Below are positions 55,057 to 64,000 of a stretch of DNA of 64,000 bases, piece after piece. Each line of letters opens with the position of its first letter. Positions within the stretch are counted from its first letter, which is position 1. The DNA is from an uncultured Prevotellaceae bacterium (GTDB lineage Bacteria > Bacteroidota > Bacteroidia > Bacteroidales > Bacteroidaceae): positions 25,235 to 89,234 of the forward strand of contig CACWOS010000020.1 of assembly GCA_902762565.1 (NCBI GenBank), written 5' to 3'. The notes under the pieces are model-generated. The model did not search any database. It was not told where the DNA came from and was given only the letters and a program-made list of their open reading frames with translations. Made by a program: the position numbers and the translations under genes.

Positions 55057-56037
55057 ATGAACGAAAATTTAAATAAGACGTTGAAGTCTGTCGAGACGGA
55101 AGACTGGCTCGATTTACATGTGGTGCGCCCTTTCTGTTACTATTGGGCTGTGCTCTTTGCTAAGCTTGACATTCATCCGAATACGGTGACCATCCTCTCC
55201 ATGATTATTGGTGCTATTAGTGCCATCTTCTTTGGATGTGCCAGCTTCTATTACTCTGGCACATGGGGCTTGATGATGAATATCATTGCCATTTTGTTGC
55301 TCTGTCTGGCAGACATCTTTGACTGTACAGACGGACAGTTAGCTCGTATGACGGGAAAGAAGAGTCGTTTGGGTCGTATCCTTGATGGCGTAGCCGGCTT
55401 TGCCTGGTTCATCCCCATCTATCATGCGATGGTGTACCGTTTCTACCTGCACCATGACTTGGAGTTCCAGTGGTTGGGTATTGACAACACCCCAGAGAAT
55501 GTGCTGATAGCCACAGGTATAGCTTATGCTTTGGGTCTTATTGGCGGTATCATGGGAACGGGTGGACAACAGCGTTTGGCTGACTATTACATTCAGATTC
55601 ACCTCTTCTTTTTGAAAGGTGAGAAGGGGGCCGAGCTGGATAACTCGAAGCGCCAGCAGGAGATTTACGACCAGATGACGGATGAAACACCAGCCGTGGA
55701 GCGTTATTTCCAGAAGACTTACATCGACTACACCAAGAAACAGGAGGCTTCCACACCTCAGTTCCAACGTCTGATGCAGAAAATCCGCGAGAAGTTTGGT
55801 ACTTCTGACAATATGCCGGAATCTGTGCGTCAGGAGTTCCATGATGCTTCCCTGCCCGTTATCAAATGGAACGGTTTGTTGACTTTCAACTTCCGTTCGT
55901 TTTGGTTGTTCCTGTTTTGTCTGCTCGACGTGCCCATTATGTATTTCGTTTGGGAGATTGTAGGTATGGGATTGCTCTATACCTATGTCAGACATCGTCA
56001 TGAATCATTCTGCAAGCGTATCGCTGACAAACTATAA
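55057..56037 (+). CDS. CDP-alcohol phosphatidyltransferase family protein
   Basis: DCTDGQLARMTGKKSRLGRILDGVAG matches the D-G-x2-A-R-x8-G-x3-D signature. Confidence 0.85.
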   Translation: MNENLNKTLKSVETEDWLDLHVVRPFCYYWAVLFAKLDIHPNTVTILSMIIGAISAIFFGCASFYYSGTWGLMMNIIAILLLCLADIFDCTDGQLARMTGKKSRLGRILDGVAGFAWFIPIYHAMVYRFYLHHDLEFQWLGIDNTPENVLIATGIAYALGLIGGIMGTGGQQRLADYYIQIHLFFLKGEKGAELDNSKRQQEIYDQMTDETPAVERYFQKTYIDYTKKQEASTPQFQRLMQKIREKFGTSDNMPESVRQEFHDASLPVIKWNGLLTFNFRSFWLFLFCLLDVPIMYFVWEIVGMGLLYTYVRHRHESFCKRIADKL

Positions 56038-56046
56038 TAGCCCAAT

Positions 56047-57081
56047 ATGACTTGGACGAAGCAACGACTCAATAATCTGTTCTTCATCATCGGCGTAGTG
56101 GCTGTGGTGGTGATGCTGTTTACGTTCGACGTGAGTTTCGTCGAATTGTGGCAGCACCTGTGTCATGCAGGCTACTGGCTGATACCGATTATTGGCGTGT
56201 GGTTCTTGGTCTATGGACTGAATGCGTTGGCTTGGCAGGCAACAATAGAAGGTAATTTGGGTGGTAAGGCACCTGTGTCCTTTTGGCGTATCTATCGTCT
56301 GACCATCACGGGCTACGCATTGAACTATGCTACACCTGTAGGCGGGTTGGGTGGTGAACCCTATCGTATTATGGAGTTGTCTAAGGATATCGATAAGGAG
56401 CATGCTACATCGAGTGTCATACTCTATGCCATGATGCATTTTTTTGCCCACTTCTGGTTTTGGTTTATCAGCATCTTCATCTATCTGGCATTGGTTGCTG
56501 TAGGTGATCTGCCCATCAATGCATTCATCGGAACGGTATTGAGCGTCATTGTGGTGTTCTGCCTTTTGGCTTTCTACCTGTTTTCGAAGGGCTATCGCAA
56601 CGGACTGGTGAAATATGTGTTAGGCGTTGTGGCCAATATCCCTGGTCTTAAGAAGTGGACGTTGCGTTTTTGGGCCCGTCATGCTGAGGCCATCGAGAAT
56701 ATCGACAAGCAGATAGCCTCTTTACACGGACAGGACAAGGGCGCTTTCTATAAGAGTCTGATTCTCGAATACCTGTCGCGTGTGGTACAGAGTTCAGAGG
56801 TGCTGTTTATGCTGCTGCTCTTTGGCATCGACAATGGCGGAGGCATCGATGGTATCATCATTACCTATCTGCACTCCATCCTCATTGTGGCCTTTACCAC
56901 GCTGTTTGCCAATCTGATAGGTTTCCTGCCTATGCAGTTGGGCGTTCAGGAAGGTGGCTTCGTGCTCTCTATTGCAGCCCTTGGCTTGTCGGCTGCGTTA
57001 GGCATCTTCGTCAGCATCATCTGCCGTGTACGTGAAATCATCTGGATTGTCGTGGGCATCGGGCTGATGCGCTTACGCTAG
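56047..57081 (+). CDS. Flippase-like / lysylphosphatidylglycerol-synthase TM-region (UPF0104) membrane protein
   Basis: Polytopic, with YALNYATPVGGLGGEPYRIMEL, typical of UPF0104. Confidence 0.55.
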   Translation: MTWTKQRLNNLFFIIGVVAVVVMLFTFDVSFVELWQHLCHAGYWLIPIIGVWFLVYGLNALAWQATIEGNLGGKAPVSFWRIYRLTITGYALNYATPVGGLGGEPYRIMELSKDIDKEHATSSVILYAMMHFFAHFWFWFISIFIYLALVAVGDLPINAFIGTVLSVIVVFCLLAFYLFSKGYRNGLVKYVLGVVANIPGLKKWTLRFWARHAEAIENIDKQIASLHGQDKGAFYKSLILEYLSRVVQSSEVLFMLLLFGIDNGGGIDGIIITYLHSILIVAFTTLFANLIGFLPMQLGVQEGGFVLSIAALGLSAALGIFVSIICRVREIIWIVVGIGLMRLR

Positions 57082-57094
57082 AGCGCGCTATGCT

Positions 57095-57125
57095 AGTGAA
57101 GAGTGAATAATGAAAAGTGAAAAAT
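57095..57125. repeat. Heptamer array (GTGAAxA type)
   Basis: agtgaagagtgaataatgaaaagtgaaaaa. Confidence 0.8.
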
Positions 57126-58210
57126 TAAGATATATATTTATGGAAAAACAAATGAATTTTCTCGACAGAAATGAGTTTAACTTTGAGCCCAGCCAGAAGG
57201 TGGTTGACGCTATTAAGAATTTTGACCCAAAGACGCTGTGCTTCTATACCCGCATCTATGACGAAGGTAAGAAGAGTGTGATTAGTGTTCGCGTCAGTGA
57301 GATCTACAATGTACCTGAGGAGCAGGTGTTGCTGACATATGGTGGTGAGGATATGCTGAAAAACGCCATCCACTACTTCCTCAGCATCAACAGCCAGGAG
57401 GGAGCAACAGAGCCTAACACCAAAATTCTGATTCCAGAGTTCTCATGGTGGTACTACAACCGTGTAGCTTCTGAGTGTGGTGGTACGTTCGAGATGTATC
57501 CCCTACACGAGATGGAGGACACTTTTGCTTACGATGTCGACGAGGTCATCGAGTACACCAACCGAGTACATCCCCGTATGCTGTTGCTGGCTTCGCCCAA
57601 TAACCCCACAGGAAACGGCTTAACACCAGAAGAGACAGGCCGTATCATGGAGAATATTCCAAGCGATACGATGGTACTGATAGATGAGGCTTATGCCAGC
57701 TTCATTTCTACTGATACCGCTTATATTGCTCCGCTAGTCAACAAGTACTCGAACCTGATTATCTCGCGTACACTCTCGAAGTTCTACGGACTGCCTGGCC
57801 TGCGCTGCGGTTTCGGCTTTATTGGCAAGGGTCACGACCAGTTCCTGAGCTACGTCAACAAGTACTTAGGCTATAACCGTTTTTCTGAGTCTGTCGCATT
57901 GGCTGCTCTCGACAGCGATGAGCACTATCGCCATGTGGCCGATGATATGGAGTGGGGACGTCAGTTGTATAAGAAGGAACTGGGCAACCTCCCGGGCTTT
58001 AAGGTGTACAAGAGCGTCGCCAACTTCATCCTTATCAAGTATCCTTTGGAAATCAAGGATGCATTGATGCAGGCCCTGAAGATTCAGGACTATAAGATTA
58101 AGTTCATGGCTGATAAGGGGCTGGAGTCCTGTCTCCGCATCACACTGGGTCGTAAGGAGCAGACACAGACAGTTGTCGATACTATTCTTAAAGTTTATAA
58201 TAGTAAATGA
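57110..58210 (+). CDS. Class I/II PLP-dependent aminotransferase (HisC / CobD-like)
   Basis: ASPNNPTGN, IDEAYASF and SRTLSKFYGLPGLRCG (PLP lysine). A start at 57140 is equally possible. Confidence 0.8.
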   Translation: MKSEKLRYIFMEKQMNFLDRNEFNFEPSQKVVDAIKNFDPKTLCFYTRIYDEGKKSVISVRVSEIYNVPEEQVLLTYGGEDMLKNAIHYFLSINSQEGATEPNTKILIPEFSWWYYNRVASECGGTFEMYPLHEMEDTFAYDVDEVIEYTNRVHPRMLLLASPNNPTGNGLTPEETGRIMENIPSDTMVLIDEAYASFISTDTAYIAPLVNKYSNLIISRTLSKFYGLPGLRCGFGFIGKGHDQFLSYVNKYLGYNRFSESVALAALDSDEHYRHVADDMEWGRQLYKKELGNLPGFKVYKSVANFILIKYPLEIKDALMQALKIQDYKIKFMADKGLESCLRITLGRKEQTQTVVDTILKVYNSK

Positions 58211-58527
58211 CACAAGAAGAGAAGACACAGTTGGAAGAACGGATCGTTGACGTGCTGAAAACCGTCTACGATCCTGAGATTCCTGTCAATATCTACGACC
58301 TGGGCATGATCTACAAGATTGATGTCCAGGACGACTCTTCCGTCGATCTCGATATGACCTTTACGGCTCCCAACTGCCCTGCTGCCGACTTTATATTAGA
58401 AGATGTACGCACGAAGGTCGAATCTGTTGACGGCATCAAGAGTGCTAATGTCAACCTCGTTTTCGAGCCCGCCTGGGATCAGTCGATGATGAGCGAAGAG
58501 GCACGCGTCGAACTAGGGTTCGACTAG
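58207..58527 (+). CDS. DUF59 / SufT-like Fe-S cluster assembly protein
   Basis: VYDPEIPVNIYDLGMIY...TAPNCPA; ATGA overlap with the upstream gene. Confidence 0.85.
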   Translation: MTQEEKTQLEERIVDVLKTVYDPEIPVNIYDLGMIYKIDVQDDSSVDLDMTFTAPNCPAADFILEDVRTKVESVDGIKSANVNLVFEPAWDQSMMSEEARVELGFD

Positions 58528-58556
58528 TGAATAGTGAAAAGTGAATAGTGAAAAAT
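58527..58556. repeat. Heptamer array (GTGAATA/GTGAAAA)
   Basis: gtgaatagtgaaaagtgaatagtgaaaaat. Confidence 0.85.
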
Positions 58557-59342
58557 ATGAAGAACGTCTATTTCCTTTCTGACGCCCACCTTGGGTCATT
58601 GGCCGTTCCGCACCAACGTATGCAGGAGCGTCGTTTGGTACGTTTCCTCGATAGTATCAAGGAGAAGGCAGCAGCCATCTACCTGTTGGGTGACATGTTC
58701 GACTTTTGGTACGAATACCGTTATGTCGTACCAAAGGGTTTCACCCGCTTTTTAGGCAAACTGTCGGAACTGACGGACATGGGTGTCGAGGTACACTATT
58801 TCACGGGCAACCACGACATCTGGGCCTACGAATACTTGGAGAAGGAGTGTGGTGTCATTCTGCATAAAAAGGAAGAGACGACTGAGATCTACGGTCACGA
58901 GTTCTTTCTGGCACACGGCGACGGCATGGGCGACCCTAACAAGTCGTTCAAAGTCATCCGCGCCATCTTCCACAACAAGGTATGCCAATGGCTCTTTTCT
59001 GCCCTCCATCCGCGTTGGGGCATGAGCTTTGGACTGACGTGGGCCAAGCATAGCTATATCAAGCACAAGGAGAACGACGATGTATATTATCTGGGTGAGG
59101 ATAAGGAGCATCTGGTGCTCTTTGCCAAGCAGTACATCCAAGAACACCCTAATATCGACTACTTTATCTTCGGACACCGCCATATCGAGCTCGACATCAA
59201 GCTGGAGCGTCCCATAGAAGGCAGCGGTCATAAGGCTCGCATGATGATCTTAGGCGATTGGATCAGTCAGTTCACCTATGCTGTCTACGATGGTGAACAC
59301 ATGTTCCTCGAAGAATATATAGAAGGTGAGAGTCAACCCTGA
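58557..59342 (+). CDS. lpxH: UDP-2,3-diacylglucosamine diphosphatase
   Basis: VYFLSDAHLG, LLGDMFDFW, GNHD and GHRH metallophosphatase motifs. The ATG is at 58557; the ORF-track start at 58548 is a GTG inside the array. Confidence 0.85.
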   Translation: MKNVYFLSDAHLGSLAVPHQRMQERRLVRFLDSIKEKAAAIYLLGDMFDFWYEYRYVVPKGFTRFLGKLSELTDMGVEVHYFTGNHDIWAYEYLEKECGVILHKKEETTEIYGHEFFLAHGDGMGDPNKSFKVIRAIFHNKVCQWLFSALHPRWGMSFGLTWAKHSYIKHKENDDVYYLGEDKEHLVLFAKQYIQEHPNIDYFIFGHRHIELDIKLERPIEGSGHKARMMILGDWISQFTYAVYDGEHMFLEEYIEGESQP

Positions 59343-59345
59343 TTC

Positions 59346-60458
59346 TCACCTTATTTTTTGTGCACTGATTCGTTTGGCCTTAGCCTCTGAGGCAGTAGAG
59401 AGCTTGCCTTTCAGGTATTGTTCAATGATGAGACCTGCCATAGGTGCGGCAAGGTCGGCACCGAAGCCGCCATGTTCTATATAAACGGCGACAGCTATCT
59501 TGGGAATGTTCATCGGGGCAAAGCCGATGAAAGCGGAATGGTCGGCACCAGGATTCTCAATAGTACCTGTCTTGCCACAGATGGTATAGGTGGTGCGAAT
59601 GGCGGTGGCTGTGCCCTTTTCTACTGCCAGTTTCATACCTTCGATGACGGGAGGGTAGGCTTCTGGTTTCACCTTGGTCTGACGACGCGTCAAGTAGCGT
59701 TGGTTTTGGGTGTTTTGATGGATATGAGGCACGTAGTACCAGCCCTTATTGGCTATCGTTACAGCGAGGTTACATAGTTGCAGGGGTGTGCAGGTGACAT
59801 CGCCCTGACCCATACCGGCCCACCAGATGGTCTTGCCATCCCATCCGTTCTTATAGCGGCGGTTCAGATAGTCGGCACCAGCCAATAGGCCACCTTGTTC
59901 ACCTTCGATATCAATATGCATAGGGCCACCTAAGCCCATCGACTGCATATAGCTGCGCCACGTCGTGATGGCCTCATCCTTCGTCTCATACATAAAGTCA
60001 TCGTTGATCATTGAGGCGAAGGTCATCAGGAACCACGTATTGCACGATTGTGCCAGAGCATCCTTCAGTGACAATGGTGAACGATGCTGGTGGCAACCTA
60101 CCTTGATATTACCATCCGTCACGCCATTCACGCAATTGACCTTTGTCTCTGGCGTTATCACTCCCTCAGACAATAGCGTCAATGCCTGAGCCGTCTTGAA
60201 TGTCGAGCCTGGCGCCTGAGGCTTGCCGATGGCCTGGCGCACATCACTTCCCGATGGCGTGTTAGTGGCCATGCAGAGTATCTCGCCGTTAGCAGGATTG
60301 ATGGCTACGATAGCGCCCGTCTTACCCTTCAGCAACCGTTCGCCCAGTTGCTGTAATAAAGGGCGAAGGGTCAGCGGCCCGTCAGTAGGTAATTGCTGGG
60401 CGCCAACCCTTCCCGTAAATATCAGTAGCAGTGCTACGGTGAGAATACGTGTAATCAA
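59346..60458 (-). CDS. Penicillin-binding transpeptidase-domain protein (short, single domain)
   Basis: STFK (SxxK), SCN (SxN) and KTGT motifs, plus a signal peptide. The only in-frame start is the TTG at 60458. Confidence 0.75.
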   Translation of the reverse strand: MITRILTVALLLIFTGRVGAQQLPTDGPLTLRPLLQQLGERLLKGKTGAIVAINPANGEILCMATNTPSGSDVRQAIGKPQAPGSTFKTAQALTLLSEGVITPETKVNCVNGVTDGNIKVGCHQHRSPLSLKDALAQSCNTWFLMTFASMINDDFMYETKDEAITTWRSYMQSMGLGGPMHIDIEGEQGGLLAGADYLNRRYKNGWDGKTIWWAGMGQGDVTCTPLQLCNLAVTIANKGWYYVPHIHQNTQNQRYLTRRQTKVKPEAYPPVIEGMKLAVEKGTATAIRTTYTICGKTGTIENPGADHSAFIGFAPMNIPKIAVAVYIEHGGFGADLAAPMAGLIIEQYLKGKLSTASEAKAKRISAQKIR

Positions 60459-60470
60459 CGTGCTTGCAGA

Positions 60471-61661
60471 TTACAGCAGATTCATCGTATCGGTAGCAAT
60501 CATCAGCTCTTCGTCGGTAGGAATAACCACTACCTTGACCTTTGAGTCGTCAGCAGAGATGACAGCTTCCTCACCACGAACGTTGTTCTTGGCTTCGTCG
60601 AACTTCACGCCCAAGAACTCCAGGCCCTTGCAGACCTCAGAACGCATGCTAATCTGGTTTTCACCAACACCAGCGGTGAAGACGATGACATCGAGGCCAC
60701 CCATAGCAGCAGCATAGGCACCGATGTACTTCTTAATACGATAGAAATACATGTCCTGAGCTAACTTAGCACGTGCGTCACCGCTCTTGGCAGCGTTCTC
60801 TACGTCACGCATATCGCTAGAACCACCAGTGATACCAGCAACACCGCTCTTCTTATTGAGCAGGTTCGACATGCCGTCAGCGTCAAGGCCGAGCTTCTTC
60901 TCGATGAACGTCACAGCACCACCATCGATATCGCCAGCACGGGTACCCATGACGAGACCTTCCAGCGGTGTGAGACCCATAGAGGTGTCGATGCACTTGC
61001 CATCAACTACAGCTGCGATAGAACCACCGTTACCAATGTGGCAGGTCACCATCTTGGTGCCTTCAGCAGGAATACCGAGGAATTCACAGGCACGAGCTGA
61101 TACGTAGCGGTGAGAGGTGCCATGGAAACCATAGCGACGGATGCCGTACTTCTCGTACAGTTCGTAAGGAATAGCATACATATAGGCCTTGGGAGGCATG
61201 GTCTGATGGAAGGCGGTATCGAATACACCGACCTGAGGCAGACCCGGCATCAACTCCTTGACGGCATTCACGCCCTTCAGGTTAGCAGGGTTGTGCAATG
61301 GAGCTAGGTCAGAGCACTCTTCGAAGGCCTTCAGTACTTCGTCGGTCAGCACCACAGACTTATTGAACTTCTCGCCACCATGCACCATGCGATGACCGAC
61401 AGCGTCAATCTCGTCGAGACTCTTAATCACACCAATCTCAGGATCTGTCAGCAATGAGAAGATAAACTTCACGCCCTCAGTATGCTCAGGGATGTCGTGC
61501 ATAATCTGCTTCTTCTCACCATTGGCCAGCTTAACCTTTACAAAGGCGCCATCGAGACCAACGCGCTCAGCACCACCACTGGTCATCACACTCTTGTCGT
61601 CCATGTTATACAGTGCGTACTTAATTGACGACGAACCACAGTTTAATACAAGGATTTTCAT
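60471..61661 (-). CDS. ackA: Acetate kinase
   Basis: MKILVLNCGSSSIKY..., GFHGTSH and the full-length pattern. Confidence 0.95.
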   Translation of the reverse strand: MKILVLNCGSSSIKYALYNMDDKSVMTSGGAERVGLDGAFVKVKLANGEKKQIMHDIPEHTEGVKFIFSLLTDPEIGVIKSLDEIDAVGHRMVHGGEKFNKSVVLTDEVLKAFEECSDLAPLHNPANLKGVNAVKELMPGLPQVGVFDTAFHQTMPPKAYMYAIPYELYEKYGIRRYGFHGTSHRYVSARACEFLGIPAEGTKMVTCHIGNGGSIAAVVDGKCIDTSMGLTPLEGLVMGTRAGDIDGGAVTFIEKKLGLDADGMSNLLNKKSGVAGITGGSSDMRDVENAAKSGDARAKLAQDMYFYRIKKYIGAYAAAMGGLDVIVFTAGVGENQISMRSEVCKGLEFLGVKFDEAKNNVRGEEAVISADDSKVKVVVIPTDEELMIATDTMNLL

Positions 61662-61692
61662 TTTTTCTTAACTCTTAATTCTTAACTCTTAA

Positions 61693-62703
61693 CTACTTCT
61701 TCGCGTCCATGGCCTGACAAGCGGTGATGGCAATCATGTAGTAGATGTCATCAACAGAGCAACCACGAGAGAGGTCGTTGACAGGACGTGCAATACCCTG
61801 CAGCACGGGACCGATAGCGATGGCATCACCTAAGCGCTGAACCATCTTATAGCCGATATTTCCTACTTCCAGGTTGGGGAATACGAGCACATTGGCCTTA
61901 CCAGCGATGTCAGAACCAGGAGCCTTCTTGGCACCAACACTGGGAACCAAAGCGGCATCAGCCTGCAGTTCACCATCAATCTTTAGGTCAGGAGCCATCT
62001 CCTTGGCCAACTTCGTAGCCTCGATGACCTTGTCGCAAACCTCGTGCTTGGCGCTGCCCTTGGTCGAGAAGCTCAGCATAGCCACGCGGGGATCCTCGAA
62101 ACCAGCAACAGCCTTAGCCATCTGAGCGGTGCAGACTGCAATCTGAGCCAACTGATTAGCATCGGGCATAGGTGTTACAGCCACGTCAGCAATAACGAGC
62201 ACACCATCCTCACCATACTGCTTCTGCTTCGAGATGAGCAGCAGACCACCGCTGACGCAGGTAATGCCAGGCTGGCACTTGATAATCTGCAGGGCAGGAC
62301 GCAGCGTGTCGCCAGTAGTTGACAATGCACCACTGATCTGACCATCGGCACCCTCAGTCTTGATAATCATACAGCCCAGATAGAGAGGGTTCTTGATGAG
62401 TTTGCGAGCCTCCTCGATGGTCATACCCTTTGACTTGCGAATTTCAGCCAGCTTCTCAGCCAGTTCTTCGCTCTTGTCATAGTTCTCAGGATCAATCAGG
62501 GTAGCCTTACCAATATTGGTGAGACCCTTCTCTTTAGCCAGGGCTTCTACCTTTGCGGGGTTACCAATTAGGATGATGTCTGCGAGGTCATCAGCCAATG
62601 CTTTGTCGGCTGCACACAATGTACGCTCCTCTTCTGCTTCAGGGAGCACGATGCGCTGCTTGTTACTCTTAGCGCGCGCTACGATTTGACTTAATAAATC
62701 CAT
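61693..62703 (-). CDS. pta: Phosphate acetyltransferase
   Basis: RIVLPEAEEERTL...; PTA_PTB domain; 336 aa; upstream of ackA. Confidence 0.95.
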   Translation of the reverse strand: MDLLSQIVARAKSNKQRIVLPEAEEERTLCAADKALADDLADIILIGNPAKVEALAKEKGLTNIGKATLIDPENYDKSEELAEKLAEIRKSKGMTIEEARKLIKNPLYLGCMIIKTEGADGQISGALSTTGDTLRPALQIIKCQPGITCVSGGLLLISKQKQYGEDGVLVIADVAVTPMPDANQLAQIAVCTAQMAKAVAGFEDPRVAMLSFSTKGSAKHEVCDKVIEATKLAKEMAPDLKIDGELQADAALVPSVGAKKAPGSDIAGKANVLVFPNLEVGNIGYKMVQRLGDAIAIGPVLQGIARPVNDLSRGCSVDDIYYMIAITACQAMDAKK

Positions 62704-62744
62704 AAGTTGTTTGTATTTAAAATAATGATATTTGTTCTTGTCTG

Positions 62745-62752
62745 CAAAGGTA
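62745..62752 (-). promoter_or_regulatory. -7 promoter box (TAccTTTG on minus strand) for pta-ackA
   Basis: The plus strand reads CAAAGGTA, 42 nt upstream of the ATG at 62703. Confidence 0.5.
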
Positions 62753-62806
62753 CAAAATAATTAGGAATTAGGAATTACGAATTAGGAATTTTTTTAGCGT
62801 TTACGT

Positions 62807-63580
62807 TTACGCAAGCTCTTGTGTCAGGATGCTCTCTAACTTTTCTGCTGTCAGTCGCAGTTGAAATTCGTTGCGGATAGCGATAGAGATGCCTCCCGTC
62901 TCTTCCGAAACCACAATGGCTATACAGTCACTTTCGTGTGTGATACCCAAAGCAGCGCGATGGCGGAGGCCCAGCTCCTTGGGAATGTGCAGGTCGTGAC
63001 TGACTGGCAGGATGCAACCTGCTGCACGGATACGCTCATGGGCTATCACCATGGCTCCGTCGTGGAGTGGTGAGTTCTTGAAGAAGATGTTCTCAATGAG
63101 ACGCTGGTTGATACTGGCATCAAGACGTTCACCAGTGGCTACAATATCGTCGAGTGGGGTAGCGCGTTGAATGACGATGAGTGCACCAATCTTCTTTTTG
63201 CTCATGTTGAGACATGACATCACGATAGGCATGATGGTCTGTTTCAGTTGTTCATAGTCCCGCTTGTCGTTGTTGGCAAAGAGACGGCGCAGTGTCTGCA
63301 CACGCTGATGGGCACCTAAGTTATAGAGAAACTTGCGAATATCTTCCTGAAAGAGGATGATGAGTGCGATGACTCCCACACTGACCAACTTGTCCATAAT
63401 GGAGCCTAACAGCTTCATCTCAAGCACCTGTGACACGACGAGCCACAACATCACGAAAATCAGAATGCCCATGAAGACATTCAGTGAGCGTGACTCCTTC
63501 ATCAGCCTATAGATGTAGAACAGCATCAGGGCTACGAGGACGATGTCGATAATATCCTTTATTCCAAATTCGAAGAACAT
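62807..63580 (-). CDS. cdaA: Diadenylate cyclase CdaA (DisA_N domain)
   Basis: Three N-terminal transmembrane segments, DGAMVI and RHRAALGITHESDCIAIVVSEETGGIS. Confidence 0.9.
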   Translation of the reverse strand: MFFEFGIKDIIDIVLVALMLFYIYRLMKESRSLNVFMGILIFVMLWLVVSQVLEMKLLGSIMDKLVSVGVIALIILFQEDIRKFLYNLGAHQRVQTLRRLFANNDKRDYEQLKQTIMPIVMSCLNMSKKKIGALIVIQRATPLDDIVATGERLDASINQRLIENIFFKNSPLHDGAMVIAHERIRAAGCILPVSHDLHIPKELGLRHRAALGITHESDCIAIVVSEETGGISIAIRNEFQLRLTAEKLESILTQELA

Positions 63581-63584
63581 CCTT

Positions 63585-64000
63585 TTATCTCTTATCTTTT
63601 ATCTCTAAACTCTTAACGATCTTAGCGCAATCTACAGCCTCCTTGACGTCGTGTACCCTCAGAATATCGGCACCCTTCATGAGACCAATGGTGTTGAGGG
63701 CTATCGTACCAGCAAGTGCCTGCTCCTGTGTACTTTCCAACAAACGATAAATCATGGATTTTCGCGAGAGGGCTACCATGATGGGCAGTTTCAGCATCTG
63801 TAAACGCTCCATTCCGTTCATCACCTCATAGTTCTCCTCAACTGTCTTGCCAAAGCCAAAGCCTGGGTCGATGATGATATCCTTCTGCCCCATAGAACGC
63901 AACACGTCGACCACTTCGGCACTGTCGAGCAGGATGTCTTTGATGTTACTCTTGCGTGACATATATATATAAGGTACGCGCAAACGACTCACCATACGGA
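63585..64000 (-). CDS. folP: Dihydropteroate synthase, C-terminal part (N-terminus beyond the right edge)
   Basis: IIIDPGFGFGKT and ILRVHDV motifs. The frame is open to the window end, so the ORF-track Met at 63995 is internal. Confidence 0.85.
   Translation of the reverse strand, partial: RMVSRLRVPYIYMSRKSNIKDILLDSAEVVDVLRSMGQKDIIIDPGFGFGKTVEENYEVMNGMERLQMLKLPIMVALSRKSMIYRLLESTQEQALAGTIALNTIGLMKGADILRVHDVKEAVDCAKIVKSLEIKDKR

Overview
Chromosomal segment of a Bacteroidota genome, probably Prevotellaceae. This is an inference from SusC/SusD pairs, TAnnTTTG -7 promoter boxes, lipoprotein signal peptides and absent Shine-Dalgarno sites. Coordinates of small elements were counted by hand and may be off by 1-2 nt.

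Layout:
- 1-2.9 kb: a BspA-like leucine-rich-repeat surface protein that runs off the left edge.
- 4.3-34.6 kb: glycan-utilisation genes. These are an ECF sigma factor; a PL1 pectate lyase / DUF3826 / beta-helix operon; a TonB receptor with DUF4249; and a SusC/SusD PUL with two GH2, a GH106-like enzyme and a SASA-type esterase.
- 34.7-42.2 kb: housekeeping genes (topA, aroK, speA, argB, an ECF sigma with an anti-sigma-like gene, a LUD-domain protein).
- 42.2-49.6 kb: an accessory patch.
- 49.5-64 kb: housekeeping genes (PduO-type adenosyltransferase, ComEA-like, two SNF transporters, a lipid head-group cluster, lpxH, ackA-pta, cdaA-folP).

Most unusual observations:
1. A VapE/DUF3874-type P-loop ATPase gene sits between ~65-bp imperfect terminal inverted repeats at 42.4-44.0 kb. 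A cargo-less 246-bp foldback copy of the same element lies at 3.25-3.49 kb. One compensatory base-pair change keeps the arms complementary in each copy.
2. Three direct copies of a 17-20-bp sequence equal the last six codons plus stop of a DUF2795 gene. Each sits beside a terminator hairpin. This looks like att scars of serial integrations, bounding a 4.5-kb integrase-less islet.
3. Heptamer microsatellite arrays (GTGATAA / GTGAGAA / GTGAATA and others) fill many intergenic spacers. They often occur as complementary inverted pairs. The pairs build a terminator, bracket start codons, bracket a four-helix-bundle (23S-IVS-type) gene, and are read through as signal-peptide coding sequence.
4. Three phased palindromic 24-bp repeats lie in the topA leader.

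No rRNA gene, tRNA gene or CRISPR array was seen.
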